From: an uncultured Gemmatimonadales bacterium
GTDB taxonomy: Bacteria > Gemmatimonadota > Gemmatimonadetes > Longimicrobiales > RSA9
Direction of reading: 5' to 3'
NCBI GenBank assembly: GCA_963741945.1
Contig: CAVUKA010000006.1
Span: forward strand, 224,001-288,000
DNA length: 64,000 nucleotides
Made by a program: the position numbers and the translations under genes. Position 1 is the first letter of the stretch; each line of letters opens with the position of its first letter. Shown one piece after another: positions 53,178 through 63,782 of this stretch. Below the pieces are notes generated by a model. It had not been told where the DNA came from, did not search any database, and saw only the letters and a program-made list of their open reading frames with translations.

Positions 53178-54956
53178 TCACCCCCCTCTCGCCCCCACCG
53201 CCGCGCGCCGCAGCCCCATGAAGAACCGCCGCGCGTTCACGCCCAGCGTGCGGGTCCTGTACCCGCCCTCCTGGACGACCAGCGTGGGCAGCCCGAGCGC
53301 GCCGATCCTCTCGCCGTTCTTCTCGAAGTCCTCTGCCGCGAGCGACCAGGTGCCGGTCGGGTCGTTCTTCGCCGGGTCGAGGCCGAGCGCGACGACCAGG
53401 AAGCGCGGATCGAATTCCTGCACGCGGGCGAGCGCCTTGCCGAGCGCCTTCCTGTAGCGGGCTCCATCGACGCGCTCGGGCAGCGCGAGGTTCACGTTCA
53501 TCCCCTCGCCCTCCCCTTCCCCGACCTCCTCCTCGAAGCCGGAGAAGTACGGGTAGGCGAAGCGCGGGTGGCCGTGGATCGAGACGGTCAGCACATCCGC
53601 GCGCCGCCAGAAGATGTCCTGCTGGCCGTTGCCATGGTGGTAGTCGACGTCGAGGATCGCCACGGTGCCGTGCTCGGCCAGCAGCTCCGCGGCCACCGCG
53701 GCGCTGTTGAAGTAGCAGAACCCGCCGAACGAGCGGCGCTCGGCGTGGTGGCCGGGCGGGCGAACGAGCGCGTAGCCGAGCCACACGCCGTTCAGCACCT
53801 CGTCGGCTGCGGTCAGCGCGCAGTCGACGGCGCCGCGGGCGGCGAGGTAGGCGTTGCGGTTGAGCGGCGTGAACGTGTCGATGCAGTAGTAGCCGGCGCG
53901 CGTGGCCAGGTCCTCGGGCGGGCGCGCCGCGTTGCGGATCGGGAAGACGTACGGGTACACCGACTTCCCTTCCGGCGTCTCCGCGCACACCCGCTCGAGG
54001 TAGCGGACGAAGCCGGCATCGTGGACCCGGGTGATGCGCGCGTCCGGGAAGGGGCGCGGCTCCACGCGGCGGAACGCGCCGGTCGGCTCCAGCTCCTTCA
54101 GGATCGCCGGAATCCGCACCGGCGCCTCCACGTAGCCGCGCTCACGGACGTGGTGGATCTGGTGCCCCTCGTTGACGACGAGCGCGACGACGTGGGGCCC
54201 GCTGGCGACGCGGCCACCCGCCGCCGCGACCGCCGCCGCGCCGGGCCCCCTGTGGTTGCCGCCCGGTTTCGGCCGCGGCCCGGCGAGCGGCTCGAGGCGC
54301 ACCGGGTGGTCGGTGAACGAGGCGACGACGCGCTCGATGTACTCCGCCGGGCAGTAGCCGCCGTAGCGGCGCTCGAGGATGGCGCGGGCGATGGCGGCGC
54401 CCTCGTCGCGTGCCAGCGGCCGGTCGCGACCGAGGCCGTCGTACAGCAGCAGCGGCGCTTCAGAGTCCGACCCGACGGGGGTCTCCCACGCCGTTCCGGC
54501 GACGCGCTGGACGCCCCACTGCGCATAGAAGCGGAGGCGGGCGCGGTTGGCACGGCGCGCGTCCTCGCCGAGCTGCGGATCGTCGGCGGGCATCACTTCC
54601 ATGAAAACGCCCACGCAGCCGAGCGCCGCCGCCTCCTCGCGCACCCGCTCGTACAGCGCGCCGCCGACGCCACCGGTCTCCCCGCGCGCGGCCGCGATGA
54701 AGTCGAGGAACGCGAAGCGGAGATCGGGCGCGTGCCGCACCAGCGCGAAGCCCCGCGTGCGCCCCGCGCTCGTCTGCGCAACGAACAACAGCGTCCGGAA
54801 ATCGGAGCGGGCCGGATGTCGCAGCTCGTCCGGCATCGCCGCCACCAGCCGCTCCGCCACGCCGCGGAACCGGGCCCTCAGCATGGCCTGCGCCTCCTCC
54901 ACCGCCGCGGCGTCCTCGGCGGCGCGGATGTCGTAGATGCGGCGGATGCGGAGCAA
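53178..54956 (-). CDS. GNAT-like domain fused to histone-deacetylase family (acetylpolyamine amidohydrolase-like)
   Basis: N-terminal LDFIAA..GETGGVGGALY..RLRFY; C-terminal RPPGHH, GGFCYFN, DVDYHHGNG, LGLD, QEGGY; TTG start. Confidence 0.9.
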   Translation of the reverse strand: MLRIRRIYDIRAAEDAAAVEEAQAMLRARFRGVAERLVAAMPDELRHPARSDFRTLLFVAQTSAGRTRGFALVRHAPDLRFAFLDFIAAARGETGGVGGALYERVREEAAALGCVGVFMEVMPADDPQLGEDARRANRARLRFYAQWGVQRVAGTAWETPVGSDSEAPLLLYDGLGRDRPLARDEGAAIARAILERRYGGYCPAEYIERVVASFTDHPVRLEPLAGPRPKPGGNHRGPGAAAVAAAGGRVASGPHVVALVVNEGHQIHHVRERGYVEAPVRIPAILKELEPTGAFRRVEPRPFPDARITRVHDAGFVRYLERVCAETPEGKSVYPYVFPIRNAARPPEDLATRAGYYCIDTFTPLNRNAYLAARGAVDCALTAADEVLNGVWLGYALVRPPGHHAERRSFGGFCYFNSAAVAAELLAEHGTVAILDVDYHHGNGQQDIFWRRADVLTVSIHGHPRFAYPYFSGFEEEVGEGEGEGMNVNLALPERVDGARYRKALGKALARVQEFDPRFLVVALGLDPAKNDPTGTWSLAAEDFEKNGERIGALGLPTLVVQEGGYRTRTLGVNARRFFMGLRRAAVGARGG

Positions 54957-55070
54957 GGTTCCAGGTCCGGGGTCGGGGGTCTCGACGCCTGCCGGACCAT
55001 CCGGCGCATCGTAGTCCGTCGAGGCCGTGAAAAGAATATGCGGAAAACGCGTGCCGCGCCGGCTTCCGGG

Positions 55071-58000
55071 CTAGAAGCGGTGGGTCCAGAACAGGAAGGT
55101 CCCGAACGAACGCGCGAGCGTCGGGGTCTGGAGGGTCAGCGACGGGTCGCTGGGCAGGTACCGGGGCTGCCACGTGGTCTCCCAGGAGAAATGGCCCGGG
55201 GTCCGGTACTCCACCCGGATGCCGGGGATGCCGCTGGAGATGCGCTCCTGCAGGCCCAGGTAGATCCGCGGGCTCACGTACTTCCCGGCCTCCACCTCCG
55301 TGCTGCGGAGGAAGTTCTGGAAATAGCCGTCGAAGGACAGCTCGGTGGGCAGGGACGCGGGGTGGATGCGGAAGACGTCGAGCCCGGCGCGGGTGCCGCT
55401 CCGCTGAATCTGCGAGACCTCTCGGTCCATGAAGCTGCCCAGCGCGAGGCCCGTGAGCTGCTGCTGGGCGATGGCCGGGAGGCCGTCGGCGCCCCCGGAT
55501 GCGGCAGTGAGCCCGCTCCCCTGGAGGCTGAGGAGGGAGGACGAGGTGCGCCCGAACGCCAGGTAGCTGATCAGCTCGCTCTGAGGCAGCGGCGGCTGGG
55601 CGTTGCTCTCGAGGGAGATCCGGGGCTGCCGTGCCGTCCCCAGCACATGGATCTGGATCAGCAGCGTCTCCCGGTCCTGGCGGGGCACATCGTACTCGCC
55701 GTTGATATGGAGCAGCGGATCGATCTGCTGGGCGCCGGTGAACGTGATGGCACCGGACGTGAGGCGGAAGAGCCGCCCCGCGTAGGTGTACTCGCCCCGG
55801 TCCGCGTTGACCACGCCGCGCAGCGTGAGGTTCTGGCGCCCGTGCGACATCCGGATGTGCAGCGGCTCCGTGCCACCGCCGGTGTAGACTTCGACGTTGC
55901 CATCCGTGTTCCGGACCCACGTGTTGCGGGCGATGCTGACCCGCACGTCCGCCGTCAGGTTGGACAGCAGCGGATTGCTGGTTGGCAGGACCCCGGGTCG
56001 CACCGCGGACGTGTCGATGGCCGGTGCGATCTCCGGGTTCTGGAGATTCGTCACGTGCCGGATGCTGGTGGGCGCCGGCGCGTAGATCGCGCCGCCCAGG
56101 ATGTGCACCTGTCCGGTCACGTCCAGCGTCGGGTAGCGGCCGCCGATGTCCAGGTCGCCATCGGCGCGCACGCGACCGAGTGAATTGTCGAACACCAGCG
56201 CGTTCCGGGAGCGAACCGTGAGGTCGAACGCGGGCGAGCTGAGCGGCTTCAGTCCGATCCCCCCGCTCACGATGAAGCTCCCGGGTCCCGTGCGGGCCAC
56301 CAGTGAGTCCACGCGCGCGGAGTCGCCCCGGAGAACCAGGGCGCCGGTCACGGCATTGAAGTCCACGCCGGTGTAGGCGACGCGGAGCGATGACAGATCG
56401 ACGCGCAGGTCGCCCCGCGTCACCGGCTCGTTCCACGTCCCTCGCACCGTCAGGTCACCGGCCAGGCCACCGTGGACATCGGACACCCCGCTGCTCACCC
56501 GGGACAAAAGGTCCGCCGGGAGCGAATCGGCGCGCACGTCAACGGAGATCGGCCCCGGGAGCCGCCGCGAGCCGGGGACGCTGGTGAGGGAGAGATCGAA
56601 CGGCAGCGTCGCATCCGCCACCACGAGCGTGTCCGTGGTCACCGCGCCCCCACCGGCGGCCGGCGTGGCACCGGCGGTGGTGGCGACGACCGGCGCGGCG
56701 GGCTCCACGGACCGGGCCAGCGTGGCGTGGGTGGTGAGCCGCCGGTCTGCGTAGTCGAGCCGGGCGTGGGCGCGCGGCAGGGCGATGGTCCCCCAGGAGC
56801 CGTGGACCAGGCCCACGGTCGCCCGGAGCTGCGGCGACGACCGGGGCCCGCGCAGCCCCGCATGGAGCGAGAGGAGCCCGGTGATGGGGGTGGTATCCTG
56901 GATCAGGGTGGTGACCTGGCCGAGGGCTAGGCTGTCCACGTCCAGCGTCATGTCCGCCGGCCCGCTCACCGGCACCTGCCCGTCGAGGATCACGCGCCCG
57001 CCCGCGTTGCTGGCCAGCGACAGGCTGTCGACGGAAAGGCCGGGTCCGCCCCAGTCGATGGCGCTCGTCCGCGTCGACCGCCACGTGGTGGTGTCGAAGC
57101 GGAGCAGGACCCGGTTCAGCTGCGCGTGGTTCCGGTTCAGGGAGAGGGAGAAGCTCGAACCCAGCCGGTACTCGGTGGCCGTGTCCTGGAACAGCGCGAT
57201 GTCGGCGGTGCCGTGCCCCTGCCGGGTCTTTCCAGTGTACGCCAGGCGGACGTCCGCGCTGTCGAACGTGAACCCACGAGTCCGCAGCGTGTCGACGGTG
57301 CCCGCCAGCACGACCGCAGGGGAGTCGGTGCCGAAGTCCCGCACCTGGTACGTGGCGGCCGCGTGCGCCACCGCGCTGCCCACCATCACCACGTGGTCCA
57401 CTGTCGCGCTCCCCCGGGTGTCGAAGCGATGGATGTTCCCGGTGATCGTACCCCGCGCCCGCACCGACCCGGCCACGGAGTCACGCGGCAGGGGCGGGAT
57501 CGTGTCCAGCCGGAGCCTCGGGGGCGGCGGATATCCCACGGCCATCCGCTGCACTTCCGTCTGTCGCGCCAGTCTCGCGGAATCCCGCTTCGCCCGGGCC
57601 AGCGCCCGGGCCTGGCTCGCGGGCCGGGGCGCGACCACGCCCGTGCCGGACGGGAATGCGGAGCTGTAGGCGCCGAGGGAGTCGAGCCGGATGTCGTACG
57701 TCAGTGTGCCGCTGGTCCCGGCGACGAGGCCGAAGCGGCCGTGGGCGTCCGCCGCCAGCGAGTTCATCCGCACCTGACCTCGCCGGACATCGGCCACGCC
57801 GTTCTGGAGCCGCACCGCCACGTGCGTAGAGTCGAGCCGGCGTCCCCGGACGGCCAGGTCGACCATGTCGGCCCGCACGGTGGCATCCATGGTGGCCAGG
57901 TGCGTGCCCGCCCCGGCCACCGAGGCGGTTCCCGTGAGCAGCGTTTGGGGCGCCCGGGTCGAAGCGGCGCTGGCATCGAAGTGGTCGAAGCGGGCCGCCA

Positions 58001-59960
58001 GGTCGTAGCGGCGGGGCGTCTGCCGCAGGGCCAGGGTCCCGGTGGTCGCCACGTCGCCATCGCCCACCACTCCGAGATCCACCGCCACCTGCATCCTCGC
58101 CATGGTGCCGTGGACAGACACCGTGCCGTGGGCCGTCCCGTGCAGCCCGCCGTTCATGGGCACCACCCGATCGATGGTGCCGAGCGCCAGCTCCGGCGTG
58201 CGCAGGTCGAGGGCGAAGGAGGCGGGCGGCCCCGGTCGCCGCTCGGCGGTCCCGATGAAGTGCGACGGGCCCGCGGGGCCATGGTGAACCAGGTCCACCA
58301 CGGCGGACAGTCGCTTCGATGGCGCGCCCGTGATGGTGGCGGTGCCCGACAGCGTTCCTTCCACCGGCAGCCCGGGCATCATCGGCTTGACCGCGGCCAG
58401 CTGGAGCGGCTCGAGCCGGAGGTGGAGTCCCTCGGCCCGGAAGCTGCCCTTCAGGCCGAGGTCGCCGCGGGCGAGGAGGTGCGATTCGCCCGCGGACGGG
58501 TCGTGCTGGATGAGATCGGCGTCGACCGAGACCGCGGACCGGGTGGATCCCGTGAGCGTCGCGGTGCCCGTCACGGTCCCGTTCACGCCGGCCGGCAGCG
58601 ACGGGATGACCTGGCGAGCGAGTGCCAGGTGGAACGGCATGAGGCGCAGTGTGAGGTCGCGCATCTGGACACCGCCGCCGGTTGCGGTGCCGAGGCCGCC
58701 GTGGGCCGCGATGGTACTCGGCAGCCCGTGCACGGGGTTGAAGCGCACGTGGCCGTTCAGCGACAGCTCCGCGGGTCGGCCGGACAGATCCAGGTCGCCG
58801 GCCAGCGACCCGTGCACGGGGAGCGTGTCCGATGGCATGAACCGCTCGATCAGGCCCGTGGTGATGCCGCTGAAGCTGAGGTGAGCGGGGCCGAGCTGCG
58901 TGGTCGTGCCGAGCTGTACCGCGCCCCGGGCCAGGACCTTCGCCCCCTCCGTGTGCAGCGCAAGCTGCTGGACCTGCAGCCGGGTGTGGCCCTGCCGCCG
59001 GGCCAGGACCCCGCCCTGCAGCGTGCCGCCGCCCGGTGGCAGTGAGGGCCGGAAGAAGTGGAAGTCCGGGAAAGCGATGGAAGGTGCGCTGGCGTGCAGT
59101 CGCAGGCCGCCGCCGTTCATGACGTACGCCCCCTCACCCTCGATTCGGGTGCCCGGAAGCGCCAGCACGAGGTTGTGGAGCTCGATGGAGTCCGGCCCCA
59201 TGACGAACCGCCCCGCCAGCTGCTGGATTCTGGCCACCGGTGGACGGTAGGGGAGTGCGAGCATCTGCAGACTGTCGATGGCGATCAGCCTGGATGCCGT
59301 GTCGGGGTTCGCCACCCGTAGCATCGGCAGATACGCGTCGATGCCGTACAGCTGCTCGATGCGCTGGTACCCGCCCGGGACGCGGACCACCCACGGCCGG
59401 GCCGACGGCGACAGCTCCGTCCGGATCGCCGCCTCGCGCGCCGCGCCGGAGAGGGAGTCCGGCGGCGACCACGGCATCCTCACCACCACTTCGCCTCTCC
59501 GGATCCTGGTATCCACCAGGCGAATCCAGGAGCCGAAGCCCGGGATGGTGTCGGCGGCGGTCCCGGGCTTCTGCTTCAGGACATGCTTGTAGTTCCACTC
59601 GCCGCCGGGCGGCCGGTTCAGCACGATGGCCAGGTTCACCAGCCGGACGTTCCTGAGCACCAGGTGTTTGTGGATGATGTCGCTCAGGGAGTAGTGGGCC
59701 ACGATGGTGTCGGCCACCAGGAACGTGTTTCCGGTGCTGTCCGTGAGCTCGACATCGACGAGGCGGGCGCCCGTGAGCAGGTTCCCCTGGATGGAGCCCA
59801 CCTCGAGCTGCCCGTTCAGGCTGTTCCGGAGCTGGCCGAGGACGAAATGCCCCACCTTCTCCCGCCCGAAGCTCGTGTTGGTGAGCACGAACACCGCGGC
59901 CGCCATCAGGAGCACGAGGCCGAGCACCACGCCGAGCACGATCCGGAGCCACCGGGGCAT
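55071..59960 (-). CDS. tamB: Translocation and assembly module TamB-like protein
   Basis: N-terminal membrane anchor; 1629 aa of AsmA-like beta repeats; DUF490-like end (G.ITFTG..DP.L, GT..QP.I.L.S..PPLPQSELISYL.FG, EAGKY). Confidence 0.88.
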   Translation of the reverse strand: MPRWLRIVLGVVLGLVLLMAAAVFVLTNTSFGREKVGHFVLGQLRNSLNGQLEVGSIQGNLLTGARLVDVELTDSTGNTFLVADTIVAHYSLSDIIHKHLVLRNVRLVNLAIVLNRPPGGEWNYKHVLKQKPGTAADTIPGFGSWIRLVDTRIRRGEVVVRMPWSPPDSLSGAAREAAIRTELSPSARPWVVRVPGGYQRIEQLYGIDAYLPMLRVANPDTASRLIAIDSLQMLALPYRPPVARIQQLAGRFVMGPDSIELHNLVLALPGTRIEGEGAYVMNGGGLRLHASAPSIAFPDFHFFRPSLPPGGGTLQGGVLARRQGHTRLQVQQLALHTEGAKVLARGAVQLGTTTQLGPAHLSFSGITTGLIERFMPSDTLPVHGSLAGDLDLSGRPAELSLNGHVRFNPVHGLPSTIAAHGGLGTATGGGVQMRDLTLRLMPFHLALARQVIPSLPAGVNGTVTGTATLTGSTRSAVSVDADLIQHDPSAGESHLLARGDLGLKGSFRAEGLHLRLEPLQLAAVKPMMPGLPVEGTLSGTATITGAPSKRLSAVVDLVHHGPAGPSHFIGTAERRPGPPASFALDLRTPELALGTIDRVVPMNGGLHGTAHGTVSVHGTMARMQVAVDLGVVGDGDVATTGTLALRQTPRRYDLAARFDHFDASAASTRAPQTLLTGTASVAGAGTHLATMDATVRADMVDLAVRGRRLDSTHVAVRLQNGVADVRRGQVRMNSLAADAHGRFGLVAGTSGTLTYDIRLDSLGAYSSAFPSGTGVVAPRPASQARALARAKRDSARLARQTEVQRMAVGYPPPPRLRLDTIPPLPRDSVAGSVRARGTITGNIHRFDTRGSATVDHVVMVGSAVAHAAATYQVRDFGTDSPAVVLAGTVDTLRTRGFTFDSADVRLAYTGKTRQGHGTADIALFQDTATEYRLGSSFSLSLNRNHAQLNRVLLRFDTTTWRSTRTSAIDWGGPGLSVDSLSLASNAGGRVILDGQVPVSGPADMTLDVDSLALGQVTTLIQDTTPITGLLSLHAGLRGPRSSPQLRATVGLVHGSWGTIALPRAHARLDYADRRLTTHATLARSVEPAAPVVATTAGATPAAGGGAVTTDTLVVADATLPFDLSLTSVPGSRRLPGPISVDVRADSLPADLLSRVSSGVSDVHGGLAGDLTVRGTWNEPVTRGDLRVDLSSLRVAYTGVDFNAVTGALVLRGDSARVDSLVARTGPGSFIVSGGIGLKPLSSPAFDLTVRSRNALVFDNSLGRVRADGDLDIGGRYPTLDVTGQVHILGGAIYAPAPTSIRHVTNLQNPEIAPAIDTSAVRPGVLPTSNPLLSNLTADVRVSIARNTWVRNTDGNVEVYTGGGTEPLHIRMSHGRQNLTLRGVVNADRGEYTYAGRLFRLTSGAITFTGAQQIDPLLHINGEYDVPRQDRETLLIQIHVLGTARQPRISLESNAQPPLPQSELISYLAFGRTSSSLLSLQGSGLTAASGGADGLPAIAQQQLTGLALGSFMDREVSQIQRSGTRAGLDVFRIHPASLPTELSFDGYFQNFLRSTEVEAGKYVSPRIYLGLQERISSGIPGIRVEYRTPGHFSWETTWQPRYLPSDPSLTLQTPTLARSFGTFLFWTHRF

Positions 59961-62296
59961 CAGAACGCCTCGCCGATGGCCAGGTGGAGCTGGAGCCTGG
60001 AAAGGAGCCGGCGCAGCCCGCCATAGCCGGCGCCGGGGTCGTATTGCTCGGTGGTGGCGAGCCGCACCAGGCGAGGCTGCCCGTCAGGCCCGGGCACCTG
60101 CGTGACGACGCCGAGGGCTTCGCTCCCGAGCTGGTGAAACGCCAGGTCGATCCGAACCGGCCCCACGGGCGACGAATAGCGGATCCCGACGCCCGGCGTG
60201 ATGGCGCTGCGGGGGCGACCCGGCAGACCCGCGCCCGGGGCACCGACCCGTGCGCCGTCCACGAAGACCGCGCCGGTGAGGGCGTTCAGGATCGGGAACC
60301 GGTATTCGACGCTCCCCTCCAGCACCGAGGTGCCACCCACCGGGCGGGGCGTGAAGGCGCTGGCGGGAAGGATGTTGGGGTTGCAGCTCGCGTCCGCCAG
60401 GCTCGCTTCGGTGCAGGTCGCCGCCCCCGAGTCGGAAGCCGTGAGCAGGCGCTGCGGGTCCACGGTGAGGATGCGCGGCCCGAGCTGGTTCTCGCCGTAG
60501 CCGCGGACAGACTGGGATCCGCCGGCGTAGAACCGCTCCTGTGGGTGGAGCAGTGCCGTCTGACTGCCCTCGAGCCCCATGGCGCTCGCGGTGCTGGACA
60601 GGGCCCGTACCCAGCCGGCGCGCACGTGAGCCGCCAGCGTGGAGTGGAGGCCGACGGAGAAGTAGTGGCTGTAGTCGGCTTCCAGGCGGTTGTACCGGAA
60701 CTGCGAGCCCGTGAGCGCGGACGCATGCTCCAGCGTCACGCTGGCCTTCGACCCGGCCGTGGGCTCCAGAGGATCGTCGGAACGGTCCACCTGGAGCCGC
60801 AGCGTGAGGGGGGAAAGACGATGCGTGCCGCGCAGGGTGGCGATGGTAGCCTGGTCGCAGACGCCGAAATCGATGCAGAAGTACACCTGGTCGGCTTCCT
60901 GCCGCGTCTGGCCAAACCGGTAGTCGAGCGACAGGGGGACCCCGTCCGCCAGCCGGCGCGTGAACGTGAGCGTCCCGCCGTAGTCGCGCTCGATGACAAT
61001 GCCGGGGATGCTCCGGCGGGTCGTGAACCCGCCCACGCCGAGCGACAGCCTGGGCGAGAAGAACCAGGGCTGGTTGAATTCGAGCGACACCTGCCAGGTG
61101 GGGGAGAGATACGCCGGGTCGACAGTGCCGCCGATCCCGCGTGGCACCGCGCTCCCGAAGATGGACTGGCCGTAGAGCTGGGGTGCCAGCAGGTTCCCGA
61201 CGGCGGTGTTGAGCGTGAGCGTGCGCGCACCGCCGAGCCAGTTGTAGAGCGTATAGTGGGCCTCGGCCTGGGCGAACTCCACGGTGTTGAAGCCCGCGCC
61301 CAGACGCAGCGCGTGCAGGGGCGCCTCCTGCACCGTGACCACCACCGTCTTCGCGCTGTCGGTGGTGTCGGGCACGGTCACCAGCGCCTGTCGGAACATC
61401 TGGGAACGGTAGAGCCGGAGCTGTGCCGCGTTCAGGCTCCGACGCTTGTAGACCTGGCCCCGGGACAGGTCAAGAAGCCGCTCGATGCTGCGGGTGCTCA
61501 CGGCCTGATTGCCCTCGACGACCACCGTGTCGATCGTGGTCACGGGGCCCGGTTCGATGGTCACCTCGAGGTCCGCCCGGGTGAGCGAATCGCTCACGAT
61601 GGCCGTGTCTTCGATCGCGGCGTTCCCGTGGCCCCTGTCCCAGAGCTGGTTCTTCAACCGCTCCCGGGCGGTGTCCAGCTGCACCAGGCTCAGGCGGTCT
61701 CCGGCGGCCGGGATCCCCGCCCGCCCGATCTGGCCCCGGGACAGGACCGGTCGGGTCTGGTGGACGGACCGCTCCGCCACCTGGACCGGCGTGCCCGGCT
61801 CCACCACGAATGTCACGGCCACACCCCGCCCCTGCGGTGTGACGGTTGCCCGCGCCTGCGCGTGCCTCCACCCCCGCAACCAGTAATAGGCCCGGATCCG
61901 GAGCTGGTCCCGCGCCAGTTGCTGCGGATCCAGGTCGTGTCGCGCGTAGAACGCCGGCGCGTGGCTCACCAGGCAGAACAGCTTGAGGACGATGCTGCGG
62001 CACTGGCTGCTCTGCGTGTACAGCGTCGCCTTCAGCTCCGAGACGTCCACAGGACCGGTGCCCTCGAACTGGAGCGACACCACGGCCCGGTGGTCCTCCG
62101 GACCGGATTGCTGCGCGCTCAGCGGCGCCGGCCGGGCCGCCGCCGTGGCGAGCCCCAGGACCAGGCCCGCGAGCGCAGACCACCGCACCACCCGACCGCG
62201 AGCGGGCGGGCGGTGGGGGCGCCCTGGCGAGATGCCAGGCGGCGCATTCCGCAGAGACGGCGGCGCCCAGGCGCCGCCCGGTATCGCAACCGGCAT
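59960..62296 (-). CDS. tamA: Omp85 family TamA/BamA outer-membrane protein
   Basis: POTRA-like segments; ERFYAGG..SVRGY; FVDG; G.RY.SPVGPVR.D; ends IGEAF; TGATG-coupled to tamB. Start may be later. Confidence 0.88.
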   Translation of the reverse strand: MPVAIPGGAWAPPSLRNAPPGISPGRPHRPPARGRVVRWSALAGLVLGLATAAARPAPLSAQQSGPEDHRAVVSLQFEGTGPVDVSELKATLYTQSSQCRSIVLKLFCLVSHAPAFYARHDLDPQQLARDQLRIRAYYWLRGWRHAQARATVTPQGRGVAVTFVVEPGTPVQVAERSVHQTRPVLSRGQIGRAGIPAAGDRLSLVQLDTARERLKNQLWDRGHGNAAIEDTAIVSDSLTRADLEVTIEPGPVTTIDTVVVEGNQAVSTRSIERLLDLSRGQVYKRRSLNAAQLRLYRSQMFRQALVTVPDTTDSAKTVVVTVQEAPLHALRLGAGFNTVEFAQAEAHYTLYNWLGGARTLTLNTAVGNLLAPQLYGQSIFGSAVPRGIGGTVDPAYLSPTWQVSLEFNQPWFFSPRLSLGVGGFTTRRSIPGIVIERDYGGTLTFTRRLADGVPLSLDYRFGQTRQEADQVYFCIDFGVCDQATIATLRGTHRLSPLTLRLQVDRSDDPLEPTAGSKASVTLEHASALTGSQFRYNRLEADYSHYFSVGLHSTLAAHVRAGWVRALSSTASAMGLEGSQTALLHPQERFYAGGSQSVRGYGENQLGPRILTVDPQRLLTASDSGAATCTEASLADASCNPNILPASAFTPRPVGGTSVLEGSVEYRFPILNALTGAVFVDGARVGAPGAGLPGRPRSAITPGVGIRYSSPVGPVRIDLAFHQLGSEALGVVTQVPGPDGQPRLVRLATTEQYDPGAGYGGLRRLLSRLQLHLAIGEAF

Positions 62297-62437
62297 GGTG
62301 GCCGGACCGGCGCAAGATGGGCGCCAGCGGCGGCATCATCGGGCGGGCTGGACTGGCGCGGCGTCATTGGCGCTGAGGCGGGCGGCGACCGATCTTGAAA
62401 CGGACACCGCTGGTCCCACCACGACAGGGAGGCGTTC

Positions 62438-62800
62438 ATGCGCATTGTTTCCGGCCGGGTCGTCCCCCTCGGCTACGGCACCTTCGTGCGCTCCGACCGC
62501 ATCAGCGCGGTCCAGCCGATCGAGGAGGGGCGCGGTCCAGGGCGGCGCACCATGGTCTACGTGGACGACCTCCCCGAGCCGCTGATCGCTTCCCGCTCCG
62601 ATGCGGCCATCGTCCGCGACATGGTCGAGCCCGTATCCGAGGGAGGGGAGACGCTCCAGCTCCGACAGCTCCTGGGCGACATCCTCGACACCATCGACCG
62701 GCTCGAGCCCATGCTCCGCTCCATCATCCGCGACCAGGCCGGCTGGAACCTGGACCGCCTCGAGGAGCGGATCCGCGATGCGCTGGGGGAGGAGGGCTGA
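62438..62800 (+). CDS. Hypothetical protein (beta N-terminus, helical C-terminus)
   Basis: GGGAGG SD; high GC3; LGYGTFVRSDRISAV..RRTMVYV..PLIASRS. Confidence 0.8.
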   Translation: MRIVSGRVVPLGYGTFVRSDRISAVQPIEEGRGPGRRTMVYVDDLPEPLIASRSDAAIVRDMVEPVSEGGETLQLRQLLGDILDTIDRLEPMLRSIIRDQAGWNLDRLEERIRDALGEEG

Positions 62801-62813
62801 CCGAGACGGTCCC

Positions 62814-63782
62814 ATGGCCATCGACATCACCACCCTGGGAGGTCTGCGCGTCCGGGACGACGCACGTGAGATCCCGGCGTTGGCGGGTCAGCCGGTCCGG
62901 GCGGCCCTCCTGGTCTACCTCGCCATCGAGCGCGAGGCCACTCGCGATGGGGTCATGGCCGTGCTCTGGCTGGAGCGCGACCGTCGTCGTGCCCGCCACG
63001 CGCTGAGCCAGACGCTCTACGAGCTCCGCCGCATGCTGGGCGAGGACTGGCTCGACGCGCACGGGGAGGTGCTGCGTGTGACAGACGTGGGTGCGCACGG
63101 ACGCGGCCGGTCTCGCCCGGGCCGTGGACGTGCCCTGGAGACGGCGCGGCGCTGGGCCGTCGTCGAGCCGCTGGAAGCCGAGGCGCAGCACGCGGTCATC
63201 GGGGTGCTCCTGGAGTCGGGCGACCCGCAGCGGGCGCTGCGCCACGCGCGCGGCTACGAGCGCCGATTGGTGAGAGAGGAGATCGAGCCGCTGCCCGAGA
63301 CGCGGCGGCTGCTGGAGCGGATCCGGTTCCAGCTGGGCCGGGCGGGGGATGGCGATGCGGCTGATGTAGCGGGGGGTGGACTTGGGTCCGCGGGACGGGA
63401 GCGCTCGGCCGGCAGGTGCCTGGAACGACCCGGCACCGACCTTCCGCCATCTCCCTCGGCACACCCGCTTCCTCCACCGCATCCGCGACGACGCACCCGG
63501 GGACTGGTGTGCCGCGCCAGCTACTGCCCCGGCCCCCCGCCGCCGTGCGCCTGCAGGTATGTCGTTACGCTGTCCACTTCGGGCGCGGTGAGGGGCTGGA
63601 CGTCCATCTTCGCCATGTTCGATCGCATCTTCTGCACGACCCGCGGCCATTCGGCGGCGGTGTGCGCCGAGGGCGAGGGCGTTTCGTGGCAGACCGAGCA
63701 TCGCCGTGCGAAGAGCCTGGCTGAGGGAGACTGGCCGACTTCCCCCGGCTTCGCCACCGGCAGGGCGTTGCGCTGGAGATAG
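62814..63782 (+). pseudogene. SARP/BTAD-type regulator, apparently internally deleted with degenerate 3' end
   Basis: wHTH motifs TLGGL, ALLVYLA, R...LW, LSQTLYELRR and BTAD tail EPL.E....L...GD...AL..Y...EP.PET present; central BTAD segment absent; frame runs 262 nt into the convergent gene. Confidence 0.6.

Noticed and set aside
53154-56183. 1009-aa plus-strand ORF and similar long ORFs (1921-3798, 8801-11071, 14105-16084, 21498-23987, 36724-38997, 59984-62398)
   Set aside because: Antisense shadows of motif-bearing genes, expected at high GC3; no recognisable motifs.
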